Part shown: positions 25,711 to 38,200 of the stretch, piece by piece
Position numbering within the stretch: the first letter of the stretch is position 1
How the letters are laid out: each line of letters starts with the position of its first letter
Source of the DNA: Camelus dromedarius
Taxonomy: Eukaryota
Assembly: GCF_036321535.1 (NCBI RefSeq)
Contig: NC_087436.1
Span: forward strand, 80,912,001 to 80,976,000
Reading direction: 5' to 3'
DNA: 64,000 nucleotides
Notes under the pieces: model-generated
The model's input: the letters and a program-made list of their open reading frames with translations, nothing else
Told to the model about the DNA's origin: nothing
Databases searched by the model: none
Position numbers and translations under genes: made by a program

Positions 25711-26931
25711 TATATGAAAAATACGGTAGTAGCAGTGGGAATAAATCAAGAGCTATTCTGAATCTAAAATTGACAGTAATTTGTAAGCCATTGAACACCA
25801 GTGGGAGAAGAAAGAGAAAAAGAGAAATGAATGGACAGGGAAAAAAATTTCCAAACAGTATTAAGAAATCAAAATCAACCAGTGTGGCTTTTAGATGCAG
25901 ATTTCAGTTGTATCAACACTGTAAAGATGAGACACAAAGTTTTGACTGATGACTTATAAAATAGTAAAAATAAAAAGCATTTAAGAATTTATTTTGTATT
26001 CTCTTTGTGCATTAATTTAAAGGACTGAATGTTAGTTATTAACCTCAGCTGGGAGCAGTGGCTGAGTTTGGATCTCTGGTGTGAAAAATAGGGCTGGTTG
26101 GATTCAAGTTCATTTGCCAAATGGGAAAAATGTATATAATTATCGCTAACTCTGCTGTATTCCAGGACCAGTCTATGAGGCAAATAAATTCAGCAATTAG
26201 TGTTGTTTATTCGGAACTGAACAGAAGATATTTCCTGAATGTTTCAAAGCTTTTGCCTGCTGTGAAGATTAGTACGGTCATTAATATATTCAAACTGATT
26301 TAAAGAATAGTTGAATTCCGTTAAGCTAAAAATTATTTTAAAAAGATGCTGTTGTGCTCAGTACCATCATTTTCAAAATAAAGAGGTTGCTTTGGAGAAT
26401 CTGAATAGTTATTTTTGGAGTTTGTTTAATATGCACAGACAGGATCTGAATCTCTGTTGGGATAGTTCCACTGGTTGCCTGTCTCCAAGGCTTTTTCCTT
26501 CGCCCTCTCCTCTCCTCTCCCCACCTCCCCTCCATTACCCTCGTCTCTCTTCTAGGATCCTTTTCCCTCTTACTGACATTATAGTTAGTATCCAGTTCCA
26601 CATACTATCCATGTGCTAATAACCCTCAAACTTTGTCTGTAGTCCAGACCCCTCAACCAAGCCCCCGACCTATATGTCTTATGCTATCCAGAGATGCAGC
26701 AATTCAGGGATTTGCAGGTTCAAAGAAGCTCTAACTGTGTCTGTTGTCTGTAGAGTCCATGCTAGTCTACAGATTTCAGCCTGGAAATGGCTTGAACCTC
26801 TGGTTATACAATGCACTCCTACTTCTCTTTATCTTTTCATACCTTTTCAAGATTTTCTTTGGGAAGCTACAGTAAAACATTAAAAAAAAAAAAATTCCCT
26901 CCTGACCAGCTCAGCTTGGAGACCCTGATTT

Positions 26932-27003
26932 CTTAGCTGCCTGTAGTTAATAATCAGTATAACTTAGCTGCCTGTAGTTAATAATCAGTATAATAATCAG
27001 TAT
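26932..27003. repeat. Perfect 31-bp tandem duplication with a nested 12-bp duplication
   Basis: CTTAGCTGCCTGTAGTTAATAATCAGTATAA at 26932-26962 and 26963-26993; TAATAATCAGTA at 26979-26990 and 26991-27002. Confidence 0.97.
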
Positions 27004-27879
27004 TTTCTTGTGACCTTGGTAGTATATTATTTTAATTAATGAAGTTTTATGTGTATCTGTGCCCTGAGGCAACTTAAAGCAAAGGGTATAGTTTCTGAGC
27101 CTTTGCAAATAAATTCATAAAAACAAAAGCCATTTTCAGCCAGGTTAATAAAAACACACCGACTTTAATTAACTGTGATCCAGAGTTCAGGCTGAACACC
27201 ATCGTCATGTTGACCTTGTGGAATCTCCGCTGAAACATTTTGAACTAAGAGGCAAGCAAAGTTTTCCACAATTTTTGTTGAAAGGTGAAGTTTAGTTGGG
27301 GTTTGTAAAAAAGTTGAGAAGATAAAATGGATTTAAATAGAAGGAATGAAAGTCACACCTTGTCTATCTGGAAAGTTCTCCTGGTGCTTCCACAGGAACC
27401 ATGATTTCTGCCTTTGTGGTTTCAGAAAACCATTTTGTGAAAGGAAGAGCCATGGTTGGCTTCTGTGAAGTTCCCATTATAAACCTGAAGAAATATTTTA
27501 TTTTTGGTGTCAGCTTTGGAGCAAATGGTTTTGAGAAATCAAAAAGGAAAATTCTTTTATGTCATAATTTCAACTTTTACCACAGGGTTTGGCTGGAATG
27601 GATGAAATGGGAGAGTTTATTTTTTTTCTTCCTATTTTACTAAAATTTAAATAAAATGTAATGTTTTAGGAAGGCAGTTGAGTTGCCCGGAGATTAAAAT
27701 TTACTGTCTCAAATATAATGTCACATGACCTGGAGGCATTATTATCCTGAGAATTAACTAAGCACCAAGAGGTTAGAAACTGTCACTCAAGAATAAATTC
27801 TTTGAATTTGCAGAGAATTTCTATTGTTGGTCATCAGTCATTTACTTGGTGTGGAGCTGGACAAGCTGAAGTGGAAATT

Positions 27880-28002
27880 AATAATAATAATAATAATAGC
27901 ATCTTCCTCAGGGGGTTGTTGGGAAGATTAAATGAAGTAAAACTTGTACAATTCTTGGATCCAAGCCTGATACATGGTAAGCATCAAATAAATGTTAATT
28001 AT
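27880..28002 (+). mobile_element. MIR 3' fragment
   Basis: ataatagcatcttcctcagggggttgttgggaagattaaatga...gcctgatacatggtaagcatcaaataaatgtta. Confidence 0.75.
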
Positions 28003-28106
28003 CTTTGTCCACATTGTTACTTCACCTTCATGTCTTACTTCAAAACTTGAGATTCCTTTAAAAAGTCTACTGCTAGAGATTGCCAGCTTAGATTTTAATG
28101 TCATTA

Positions 28107-28315
28107 TTCTGTCAGTCAGAATTTTTGTGTTAGCAAGTGATAGAAAACCCAGTTCAAACTTTCTAAAACACAAAAAGGAAGTTTGTTAGCTGATAGCTGA
28201 AAAATCCAGGGATAACTTCAGTCATGGCTTGATCCTGGAGTTCTCACGATGCCGTCAGAAGATGGTTTTTCTTGGGAGTTTGACTCTGCATTCTGCTGTG
28301 TAGGTTTATTCTCAG
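28107..28315 (-). mobile_element. MLT1K-like LTR fragment
   Basis: gtcagtcagaatt...gcaagtgatagaaaacccagttcaaact...ctgaaaaatccaggg...cttcagtcatggcttgatcc. Confidence 0.7.
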
Positions 28316-29049
28316 CTCCTTGGGGGTTTCAGGCTCTTATTTCTTCCCTTGATTTTAGTGGTTTTATAGTAGATGCTCAGTCAGTGTTGCTGCCCTTACC
28401 TCCTCCCCTTTCACTCCGCAAACCCTCTCCTCCTTGAGTCTAGGTCTTTTTAATGGCGTTCCTCCTGGCTTCTTCTACTCGAGAGATCACTTCGTATTCT
28501 CTCTCTTTTTATTTTTCCTTTCTGGCTTCCAGCCTGCCTTTCTTTCTAAGAAGCTAGTCAAGTTCTTCACAGCCCTGCCAGCTCTTATAGCACATCGTAG
28601 GGGCCCTGCCCCAACAGCTGGGCACGTAGTCTCTCCACTTAAGTTCTATTCAGGAATGTAGTGGATACTTAAACAGGGCTAAGACGCTCACCGTCTAGTC
28701 CTGAGAAGTCCCAGTGTTCATCTGCTACAGCATTTTAAACGCTTAAAACCAATGTGTTCTTTAATTTTATAATACAAATTCCTATTTCCAAAAAATTCTT
28801 CATGGAAAGTTTGAAAGACAAAACAAAAGGAAGATAAATCAGCAGAGCACAAAGAGGAAAATGAAAACACCTACCATCCTACTGCCTAGAGAATGGCTGT
28901 TGCCTTCTTGATTTGTTTTCTTCCTTTCTTCTTCTTTCCTCCCCGCCTGCCCTCCTGTCTTCCTTCCTTTCCCCTTCTTTCCTTCACACTTCCTTCCTCC
29001 CTTACATCTTCTGTCTTCTTATTTGCACGCATGCACAGGTCTGAATGTT

Positions 29050-29830
29050 ATCATCAGGTCCTCCTTCTGTCCTCTGGCTGTGTCTTTTCAGTGTTCTCTT
29101 CTAGATCCTCCTCGTCTTTCTGACTCTAGATGTTAGTGTCCTTGTCGCTCAGCCATCAGACATCTTCCTCTACACCCACTTCCGAGGTGATCTCACCTAG
29201 TCCCATGGCTTTAAATCCCACCTCTGTGGTGATGACTTTAGGTTAAACCACCTTAAATTTCAGACAGAGATCCAAGTACTACTTGACATTTCTGCTTGCT
29301 TGTCAAGTAGGAATGCCAAAAAGGAACTGTTAATTTTTATGCCCTAATTTGTTTGTATTTTCCCTTTCCTATCATGGCAAATGGCAGCTCCATCTTTCCA
29401 GTTACTCGGGCCAGAAATCTTTGGTGTCAGCCTCTCTGCTGTTTCTTTTGCACTCTGCATCTAGGCCACCAGCAAGTTTTGTTTTCTCTGTCTTCAAAAG
29501 GCTTCCAGAAATCTAACCCCTTTGCACTGCTGACTGCTCCTGCTCCAGTCAAAGATTATTGCTTGCCTGGATTATTGCAGGCTTGCTGCTGACAACCTCT
29601 CCCCTCCTTGTCAGTCTGAGTGATTCTTTGAAAAATGTTAGTGATTCTTTTAACTGTCGCTCATCTCCTTGAAGCTCCTCAAAGCTTCCCACTTACACAA
29701 AATCAAATCCCTAATTTTGATTATTGCCTGAAAAGCCCTAGCCCTATGTGACCTTCATTCCCTAACCCAAACTTCTCTCTGGTCTCATCTGCTATTTTCT
29801 GTTTTCCTTACTCTATTCTAGTAGGCAGCT
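29050..29830 (+). mobile_element. L2 fragment
   Basis: ggtgatctcacctagtcccatggctttaaat...tacttgacatttc...aaatggcagctccatctttccagttactcgggccagaaa...tgcctggattattgca. Confidence 0.75.
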
Positions 29831-30719
29831 CCTCCTCCTCCTCCCGATTTCAGTGGCCTCTGAGGCTAAATTTTGCACTTGGGTGCCCTCCTGAGAACAC
29901 ATCATGGGTCCTTCCAGGGTTGTGCTCAACCTCAAGATGCTCTCAGGCTGTGGCTCCTGGTGCCAGTTCACTGAAGGTTACCATCTTCCCTTTTATCTGT
30001 CTCACTTTTGTTCGGTTGCCCTGCCTGCCTCCCCAAAGAAAATTATTCCTTGGTCCCATTTGACCCTTTTTTCCCCCTGAGTGATGTCTGCCTACTGGGC
30101 CCTTTCATGTCTCTTCCCTCAGCCCATTTAAAAACCATACTATTATTGTTATGCTCTCAGATAGTCTGTTTATAAGAACAGAGTGACTATAATAATCATA
30201 AAAAAGCAAAAGAGTATTTCTATGTCTCTGGTCCCCACATTCTGAAGGAATACTATATTCTCTCAAATTCCTTCCAGACTGGCCTGGGAGAAATTTAGGG
30301 TGGTCAGAGTCGGGGAGTCTAGAATCAATGCCTTTCCTTTTCTGCTTCTCTTGCTCTGGGTCATTATGGTAATGACCACTTACTTCTGATGCCAGAGGTG
30401 GCAGATATACCATTGATGCTGACTGAGAGCATTACTGTTCTTCTGGAGCTGCCAATGCCCGAGGCCAAGGAAGCCAACATTTCTCCCTAATTCCCTGAGG
30501 TTTAATATTGAGGACATTGAAGTTGCTGCCATCCCAGCCCAAACTTTCACCATTCACTGTTGCTGATGACAGTAACTTTCAGTGTCCCCAGTGGCTTTAT
30601 GATCGCCACCTCTTTTAACTATTCCTGCTTTGTTTTTGCAACTCACTTCTATTAAGCCTGAGTGTTGAATAACCATTTCTGTGGCAGACGCTGTGAACAC
30701 ACTCACACATGCATAACAC

Positions 30720-30912
30720 ATGCATTCACTTACTCCAGCCGGGAGTCTCCCAGTCACCAAACATTGCACAGAGTGAGCAAAGCAGATGGAGTCCTTGCCC
30801 TCATGAAGCTTACCTTCTGGTAGGTGAGGTAGACATTAATGTAAATAACTTACTACTCAGCATAATTTCAGGCAATCGTGCTGTGAAGAAAAATAAAGCA
30901 AACTAAGGCAGG
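30720..30912 (-). mobile_element. L2a 3' end
   Basis: ccttgccctcatgaagcttaccttctggtagg...taatttcagg...gtgctgtgaagaaaaataaagca. Confidence 0.7.
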
Positions 30913-32089
30913 AGACTAGTACATTGATATCCAAAACAATGATTTTTGCCTTCTCTTGACTCTCAAACCAATGTATATATCAGACTCTACAGTATCATTT
31001 AAAGAAGCTTCTTATGCAGTTGCAGTCAGTGAAGGCATTAGACCCTGACAAGATGCAGTTTCATAGCACCCCTACACTTTAAAACTTGCCTCAGACCAAC
31101 ATTTGAGAAGTCATGGGAAACATGCAATCATATTTTCTAAGACACTGTTTTCCAAATCCAAGTGACAGAAGGACCAATAATGTGTTAGAGTGCAGTGAAG
31201 TTTTCGGTCGAGTCTTCCCACGATCTTTTATATAAAAGTGAAAATGGCTTTGGATGAAACAACTTGGGCACAACTCAAAGCAGAGCTGTTTATCTAGTTT
31301 TAGGAGCTAAGCTCTGGGGGCTCTTAAAGGCCTTGGGTTTGGAAAGAGAGTGGCAGTGACTAGCTTGGCAGACTCATAGGGAGAGAAAGGGCACTTTCAT
31401 CTCCGCTGTGGAGCCAAGTCCAGCCTGGAAGGCTGTCTCCGTCCACCCTACAGGGTCCTGCACTAGTCCTCCTCACCACCTATGGGCTGAGCTCTAGATA
31501 TGCCGCCAGCTGGGACATGACGCGATGGCCACAAGGCCAGAGGCAAATCAACCAACAACTAAACAGCTGATTCTGAGATGATTTCTATCATCAGGTCTTT
31601 CATGGAACAGGAGGTAGAGCAAGAAAAACACTTTGAGTTGAAGTTTTCTCTCCTTTCAAATGAAATTATTCTATAGTGAATTGGTTACAGGGAACTACTT
31701 GTATAATAATTAATATTTACTTTATAAAACTGTCAGCATTCCTAGACTTGGCATTATCAGGCCAGGCCCGCTTATTATAACAAATGGGAGATGCCCTTCT
31801 CGACGGTCATAATTTGACAACAGCAAAGAAAAATGAAGTTTAATTTTAACTGTTGCATTATGAAAAAGAGAGTTAAATGTATAGTCTTGTAAATAGTTAA
31901 GTCTGATTTTTTTTGGACATCTTAAAGAACAATTTTACAAATAAATCAGTTTGACTCTTCAGTAAAAGAATTTTTTAAAAGAATATAGCTCTATTAATTT
32001 TCTGCCAGAAAGGAACACTTTAAAAAGAGTACTAGAAACCATTGAAGCTTTTAACATTTAACATTTCTCTTTAATAGCTTAACTCATAG

Positions 32090-33500
32090 AGAGGCACAAT
32101 GGTGTGGGGGTCATTAGAATAGACTGGTGCTGGACTTTAGGGTATGAAATCTCACCCTACTTCTTACCAACCACGGATGAGCTTCCTAATGTCTCTGTGA
32201 TTAATTTTTCCCAATTCAAAATAGAGATAATAATGGCACCTACCTGGTAGGGTTCTTACACATTAAAATGGTGAATAGAAAAAATGTACCTAGAAAACTG
32301 TTAGATAAATAATAGTCACTACTATGACTATTAATCATTATTATCAGCTTTATCACTCATATGACATAGATGTGGCCATTCTCCTGAAATCCCAACACTC
32401 AACAGTATAAAGGAAATAAATTCAGAGACAAACAGAAGGAAATCTCATGTATCAATAGCACTAGTGAATAAGGAGGATTTGGAGAGGGAACCCCCTAAAA
32501 TCTTTGAGTTTTCTTAAATATAAGGGTTAATCATAAAGGGGTCAACAGATCGATTAGATAAGAAAATGATGCTATACAACTCCTTAGGCAAGACAAGAAC
32601 ACTTAATTTGTCCTCAGTTTTCACCTTGAGATACAAGTAAATGACAGTTATATTTTGTACCTACTAAATTAACCATATGAAAAATGCTTTCTTGTGTTGT
32701 ATTCAAATTGACTCTTCTAATATACTAAATCTTTATAATTTGGCAGGATTCTAAGGCGTATCCATTAACATTACTTTGGAGAGCTCCATTTTCTATTCCA
32801 TGTTTGTTTCTAAACATGCCTATAGACTCTCTCTAAAGCTACGCCAAATTCAGATCCAGAGAGAGAGTTTCGAAAATTATAGAGTGAGCCCCTAATGGCA
32901 TCAAGCTCCTTGCATGCATGCACTTTACAGAAATGTGTTTAATTCCTATGACTGCACTCTGAGATACCTATTATCTTTCTTGGAATATTGGGAAATGAAG
33001 TAGCTTGCCCACGATCACCCAAATAGAAGATGATGCCTGTTCTGTTGATTGAATGGGCTTGTTAATTATAAGTACAGTGCGACTTTAATTCAACAATAGT
33101 TATTCAAAGAGCATGGATTTCTTAATTCAAAAACTCTCACTTCATTACTTACTGTGTTTATTTGGCAAGTCATTTAACATTTTGGTCTTTACTTTCTACT
33201 GTATTAAATGAGGCAAAGACCAGCTGCCTACTTCAAAGAATTGCTGTGAGGATTAAGTGAGATGATGAGTAGAAAACACTTCAGAATCAGACAGCTCTGG
33301 TTTCAAATCCCTATTTTACCACTTAGGAACTTGGCCAAGTTAGTGCAACTCTCTACACCTAAGTGTTTTGATCTGCAAAATTGGGTGAATTATGCCTGCT
33401 TTTCAAGGTATAGTTTTTGAGGTATAATAATGTACATGGTGAACCTACCTCAAACACTAGAATGCAATAAACACTTCATAGATGGTTGCAGTTAATATAA
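32090..33500. mobile_element. Cluster of MIR relics (about 32090-32345 +, 32890-33020 -, 33070-33290 +, 33285-33500 +)
   Basis: Repeated MIR core motifs: aaaatagagataataatggcacctacc, ttggcaagtcatttaac, tgtgaggattaagtgagatgatg, tttcaaatccc...ttggccaagttag. Confidence 0.7.
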
Positions 33501-33862
33501 TTTTTATAATTTAAAACATTTTTTACATGTAGTTCTAGGAGGCTCAATCTACTCATAGCTCTGTGTAATTATTGAAAACGTAACTTTGAAATGTGGGGAC
33601 GTTTCTGAACACATGGCAAAAATTGAAGACTAAAATTCTTCCTGTATTTTGTATATAAATTTTTTCAAAGGGTCTAAACTCTAAAACACATAATTTACAT
33701 GAAATGCCCACTTCACTTAAATCCTGAAAATGAAAAGGTTGTGTGACCTATTGCCAGGATGAGTTAGTTACCATATTTGACAAAACTTAGATGCACATCT
33801 TTTAGTAAATTGAAAACAGAAAATGTAAATAGAAATGCAGATCCAGCTGGTGATAGACTGAT

Positions 33863-34306
33863 AATGTTTCACAAGTTCATTGTCCCTGCTCCCCTTATTA
33901 GCAGAGTTTTGGCTGGGTACACAGCTGCCCAGCTAGAGCTTTCATTTCCCATCCTTCCTTGTAGCTTGGCATAATCATATGATAATTTACCTGCCAATAG
34001 AATATGAGCAGAACTGAGTGTGCCCCTTTCAGGTCTTGTCCTTAAAGCACCACTCCTGCACTCCTGGCTCTCTCCCCTTCCCTCTGAAGCATGGTGACCA
34101 CCACCCCATACTGGGAAGCTACATGTCAAGGATACTAAGTTTGCTTCTCCAGTCTGGGGTCCTGGAAAGCCTTCTGGAGAGGACCTGCCCCACATTCCTT
34201 GACCAGATGGACTGTTTCATGGAAGAGACTTAACATTTCTCTTATTTAAGCCATGAATCTGGTGTCTCTTTGATATAGGAGCTCGAACTTTGTCCTAGCT
34301 AACACA
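33863..34306 (+). mobile_element. MLT1J-like solo LTR
   Basis: ggctgggtacacagctgcccagcta...catttcccatccttccttgtagct...gccaatagaatatgagcagaa...tttaagcca...ctaacaca. Confidence 0.8.
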
Positions 34307-35519
34307 CAATTAAAGTCAGAACATGAGCCACCAGCTTGGTCCGCTAGTCCCTTTCTCTGAGAGACATGACTCCTATCAAAGTAGAAGCAATTATGATGGA
34401 AAAAAGCATCAAGATTAAGTTTAATTTATAATTAACAAAGGTAAAATGAAGGTTTATATTGAATTATTTAACAGCCTAAAGTTTTTCCCTCAAAACATGA
34501 AGACCCAAAACATCCATAAACAATAAACTGTGGCTCCAAAGCACACAGCCTTTCTGTTACTGAAAGTGTTATCTTTATCTTATCTTGCTTAGTCCAGGGT
34601 GGGTTTTAGCAGCATCATTATGGTAATTTTGGCTTCATGTTGGCTGTGGAGAACTTACAGGTGGTAACTAATAGGCAAATAATTTGAGAAGTTGCTTCCT
34701 TAAATGTTTGCAACTTCAGCCTTCTCTTTCTATAACATTATGGCTATTTTAGTCCCTGGCAAAAAAGCACTTGCTCAATAAATGTTTTGAGAAAGTGTTT
34801 GAATAAATGGTGCAGAAATGTTATCAATGCAATAGATGATTGTTAAATATTCAGTGAACATTATTAAGAAGAGAAAATCACATTTCTACCCTAAAAAATG
34901 AAATATGCTTTCTCTTTTGCCACTTATTCCCAAAATGATATAAGAAATCTATTTTACAGTTTGCAACATCAGTTGAGAGTAACTTCTGGGGAAGGTACAG
35001 AATGAAAAAGACAAATAGCCTATTAAAATAAATTCATGATCCTAAATAAGAATTGAAATCATGGGGGCCTAAATCAGTTGTGTGATTTTTTTAATGATGA
35101 TGAAAGGTGCTGAAACAGTGATACCCGTATCCATAAGAGAAAGAAAGTATGAGTTACTGAGTTCTGTCTTAAATGCAGTTTTTACAATTAAAGAGCCCTA
35201 GTCTTCCTCTTCATCACATAAGCAGCACCTTTGAAATAAACAAATCTCTAACTTGCTCAGTTTTTTGGGAATGCAAATCACAGTATGACCCAACCTGGCC
35301 TCGCGCGGTCAGCTGAGTCATAAACTCCACAGCCTTGGCTCTGGGGAGACGCTCGGAACCTGTAGTTCTCTGGGGGTTGGGAGCAGGAAATAATCTGAGC
35401 CAACCGAAGGCTGCCTTCTATCTTTGTAGCTCCAGTAGTTCAAATTAAGAGCTCAAAGCATCACACATCTAAAACTTCTAGACTGCAGTGTTTTCCATGG
35501 CCAAATGAACAGCATGGCT

Positions 35520-35680
35520 ATATTTTCAGGGGTGATTTTTCATGGTGAGAGCCTTGAGTTGGAAAGATTTTCAATATAATCGGTTTCCTTTACAATCCAG
35601 AGGGATCTGAGAAGGAGTTCACAGGCTTTATCAAACTGCCAGGGAATCTGCAGAGCACGGAATGTTTAAGAAAGCTTGAT
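35520..35680. mobile_element. MER103C-like hAT relic
   Basis: ttcaatataatcggtttcctttacaatcc...tctgagaaggagttcacaggctttatcaaactgccagggaatc...ttaagaaa. Confidence 0.65.
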
Positions 35681-36529
35681 GTAGAGGACTGGGGACTGTA
35701 GGTATCGGCTGGGGCTCAGATCTCCTTTCAGCCAGGCTGGAGGCGAGAGAAGGATTCTGCTTCTAGCAAGGAGCCAGTCCTGTCTGAGTCCAATAGGATG
35801 CTGGGGTTCAGTATTTTCTCCGGTTCCCAGAGTTCAACACCCTTCCATTCCCTCTGTCCCTGACCAACACGCACATTCACTGTGCCTAGTAGGACACATC
35901 AACTCCACGAACAGTTTTAAAATCCTAGTTTTACACACTGGATTTCTCACCATTGACTTCTAAGCGGTCAATAAAAAGTCACTATAGACTAAGTTTGATA
36001 TTAATATAAATTCAATATTATTTCATAGGAAAAGTGGTCAGATGTCTAACTGATGACACCAGTGAGATAGTTCTTTATCAATTAGTGGACATTTTTCTCT
36101 ATTGTCCTGTTGTCTTCTGAGAATTAAGTGCTATCTTCGTGGGTTGTGTTAGGCAAAAGAAACTCGACTGCTGTGTTTTATGAACACTTGGGGGAACAGC
36201 CAAACTTTCATACTTTGCTGAGCAGTTTCTGTCATTATGTTTGGAAAGGAAATTTCATTTACAGATTTCTAAATGTTTTACCTATCGAAAACTGCTTTGT
36301 GAAGATCTATTCAAAGTCAAAACTGTTTTGATATTTTTTTCATGTCTTTTGCTTCCCTCTAGAATGCAAACAGTCTTAGCTCACATTCTTTAATTCCAGT
36401 TAAAATTTAGAACATCCAGTGAAGTGGGACCATTGGAAGGAAGTCCTATGGGGCTGAGGAAACCTGAGTTCAGATGTGACTCTAGAACTCCCAGCTGTGT
36501 GCTGGAGAGAGATACCCACGTTACTTAAC

Positions 36530-37236
36530 CTGTTGTTTCTCAACTAGGTGACCCATTAGAAACATCCAAAAGCTTTAAAATATGATTACTGAGGTCCCCA
36601 TAAAGTATCATTACCCCAGGTTTGGGTTTAAATAGTTTAGCATCGAATCTAGGTCTCCATATTTTTTAAGTCTTTTTATTATTTAACTATAGTTGATTAT
36701 ATAATATTGTGTTAGTTTAGGGTGTATAGCTTCAAGTTATTCTCCATATAGATTATTATAAGATACTGAACAGAATTCCCTGCTCTATACAGAAGCCCAT
36801 CGGTTTTATACATAGTGGTGTGTATCTGTTAACCTCATATTCCTAATTTACCCCTCTCCTTCCCCTTTCCCCTTTGGTAACCCTGTTTGTTTTCTATGTC
36901 TGTGAGTCTGTTTCTGTTTTGTAAATAAGTTGATTTGTATTTTTTTCTTTAGATTCCATGTATAAATGATATCATATAATATTTGTCTTTCTCTGTCTGA
37001 CTTACTTTATTTAGTATGATAATCTCTAGGTCCATCCATGCTGCTGCAAATGGCAATATTTCATTCTTTTTTATGGCCGACTAATATTCTGTTGTGTATG
37101 TGTATATATATATATATACCACATTTTCTTTATCCATTCATCTGTTGATGGAATTTAGGTTACTTCCATGTCTTGTAGACCTCCATATTTTTTAAAAGCT
37201 CCCCTTGGTGATTCTAATGGGCTATCAGAGTTGATA
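36530..37236. mobile_element. MER5A (hAT-Charlie) split by L1
   Basis: tttctcaactaggtgacccattagaa...agctttaaaa [L1] tattttttaaaagctccccttggtgattctaatg...cagagttga. Confidence 0.8.
36668..37175 (-). mobile_element. 5'-truncated L1 3' end with about 18-bp TSD
   Basis: L1 3' UTR and ORF2 end (ttctctgtctgacttacttt...catccatgctgctgcaaatggc...ccacattttctttatccattcatctgttgatgga). TSD TAGGTCTCCATATTTTTT (36650-36667) / TAGACCTCCATATTTTTT (37176-37193), followed by AA. Confidence 0.95.
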
Positions 37237-37834
37237 GATTATTTGGGTTTCAGTACCCTCAAGTGATTAGAAAGAAAAGTATCTAATTCTTTTACATCCT
37301 GGGGTTATTATGAAAATCAATGGAAATAATGTACTTAAACGTAAAACACTATAAAATGAATGATGATGAGACAACATAACAGAAGACTCCTGTAACCCTT
37401 GGTAAGCATTGCCTGTGTTTCAGTGTCAGGGTATAAAATGAGGAAAGCCATTTCAAATTATCCTAGGAGCAAAATCTTATTATTATTACTGTTTTATTTC
37501 TTCACTTGTTTTTAAATCCCTGGCTTAATCATGATTTCTCATAGAATTAAATGATGAAAATAATTTTATAATATTGCTAACAAAAGAAAGAGTCTTTTTA
37601 TTGTTTATTAGGGTATTTAAAAATCAGAAACTGCTTTAACATTATTATGAGGTTGACATTTTGGTTCACCATGAGAGTAGTTTTATAATAAATGTCTTGG
37701 ATTTCTTAAGCAATTGGATAACCTTGCTCAAGACTCACACATTGTTATTTTGTTGTTGTTGTTGTTGTTGATATTACAGCGGGAAGAACATACCCTGTAG
37801 ATTACTGGCTACACAGGCTCACTTGAGGGGTGGC

Positions 37835-38200
37835 CTTGGGTCATGTTCCCCAGCAGCAGAGCCTGAGCTGGGGACTAGGGTGCTCACGAGTTAGTGAGGG
37901 CGTGCTCACGGCAGGCAGGGAGCGAGGGAAGTCAGCCTAGGCGGTACAGGAAACTCGGCGATGATGTGCTCTCGGGAGAACTCTAGCCTCAGTCCGATCC
38001 ATAGGGAGCTCAGGAGCATCAGTGACACCACAGAGTTTGTCCCACGTTGGGTGAGGGGACAGCCTTTTATACGCCAGCCACAGTCAGATTTTGAATAAAG
38101 ACAATTCTCTGGAGAAGACAGGCAGTTGTGAGCCAAAGCAGTCAGACTCACTACAGCTGGAATGTGTACGTTGGCTAGTAAATGAGCCTGGAAAGGACAT
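37835..38200 (-). mobile_element. ERVL-type LTR (LTR33-like)
   Basis: gttccccagcagcagagcctgag...agcctcagtccgatccatagggagctcaggagc...acaccacagagtttgtcccac. Family assignment is from memory. Confidence 0.65.

Larger units (their letters stand above)
36435..37360 (+). mobile_element. MIR host of a nested insertion (MIR > MER5A > L1)
   Basis: Left part gaaacctgagttcag...cagctgtgtg...gttacttaacc; right part tgggtttcagt...ggggttattatgaaaatcaatggaaataatgta...aaacactataaa. Confidence 0.6.

Noticed and set aside
27187..27285. Exon-like stretch (AEHHRHVDLVESPLKHFELRGK...) between CAG and AAG|GTGAAG
   Set aside because: No pyrimidine tract, a weak donor and no recognised homology.
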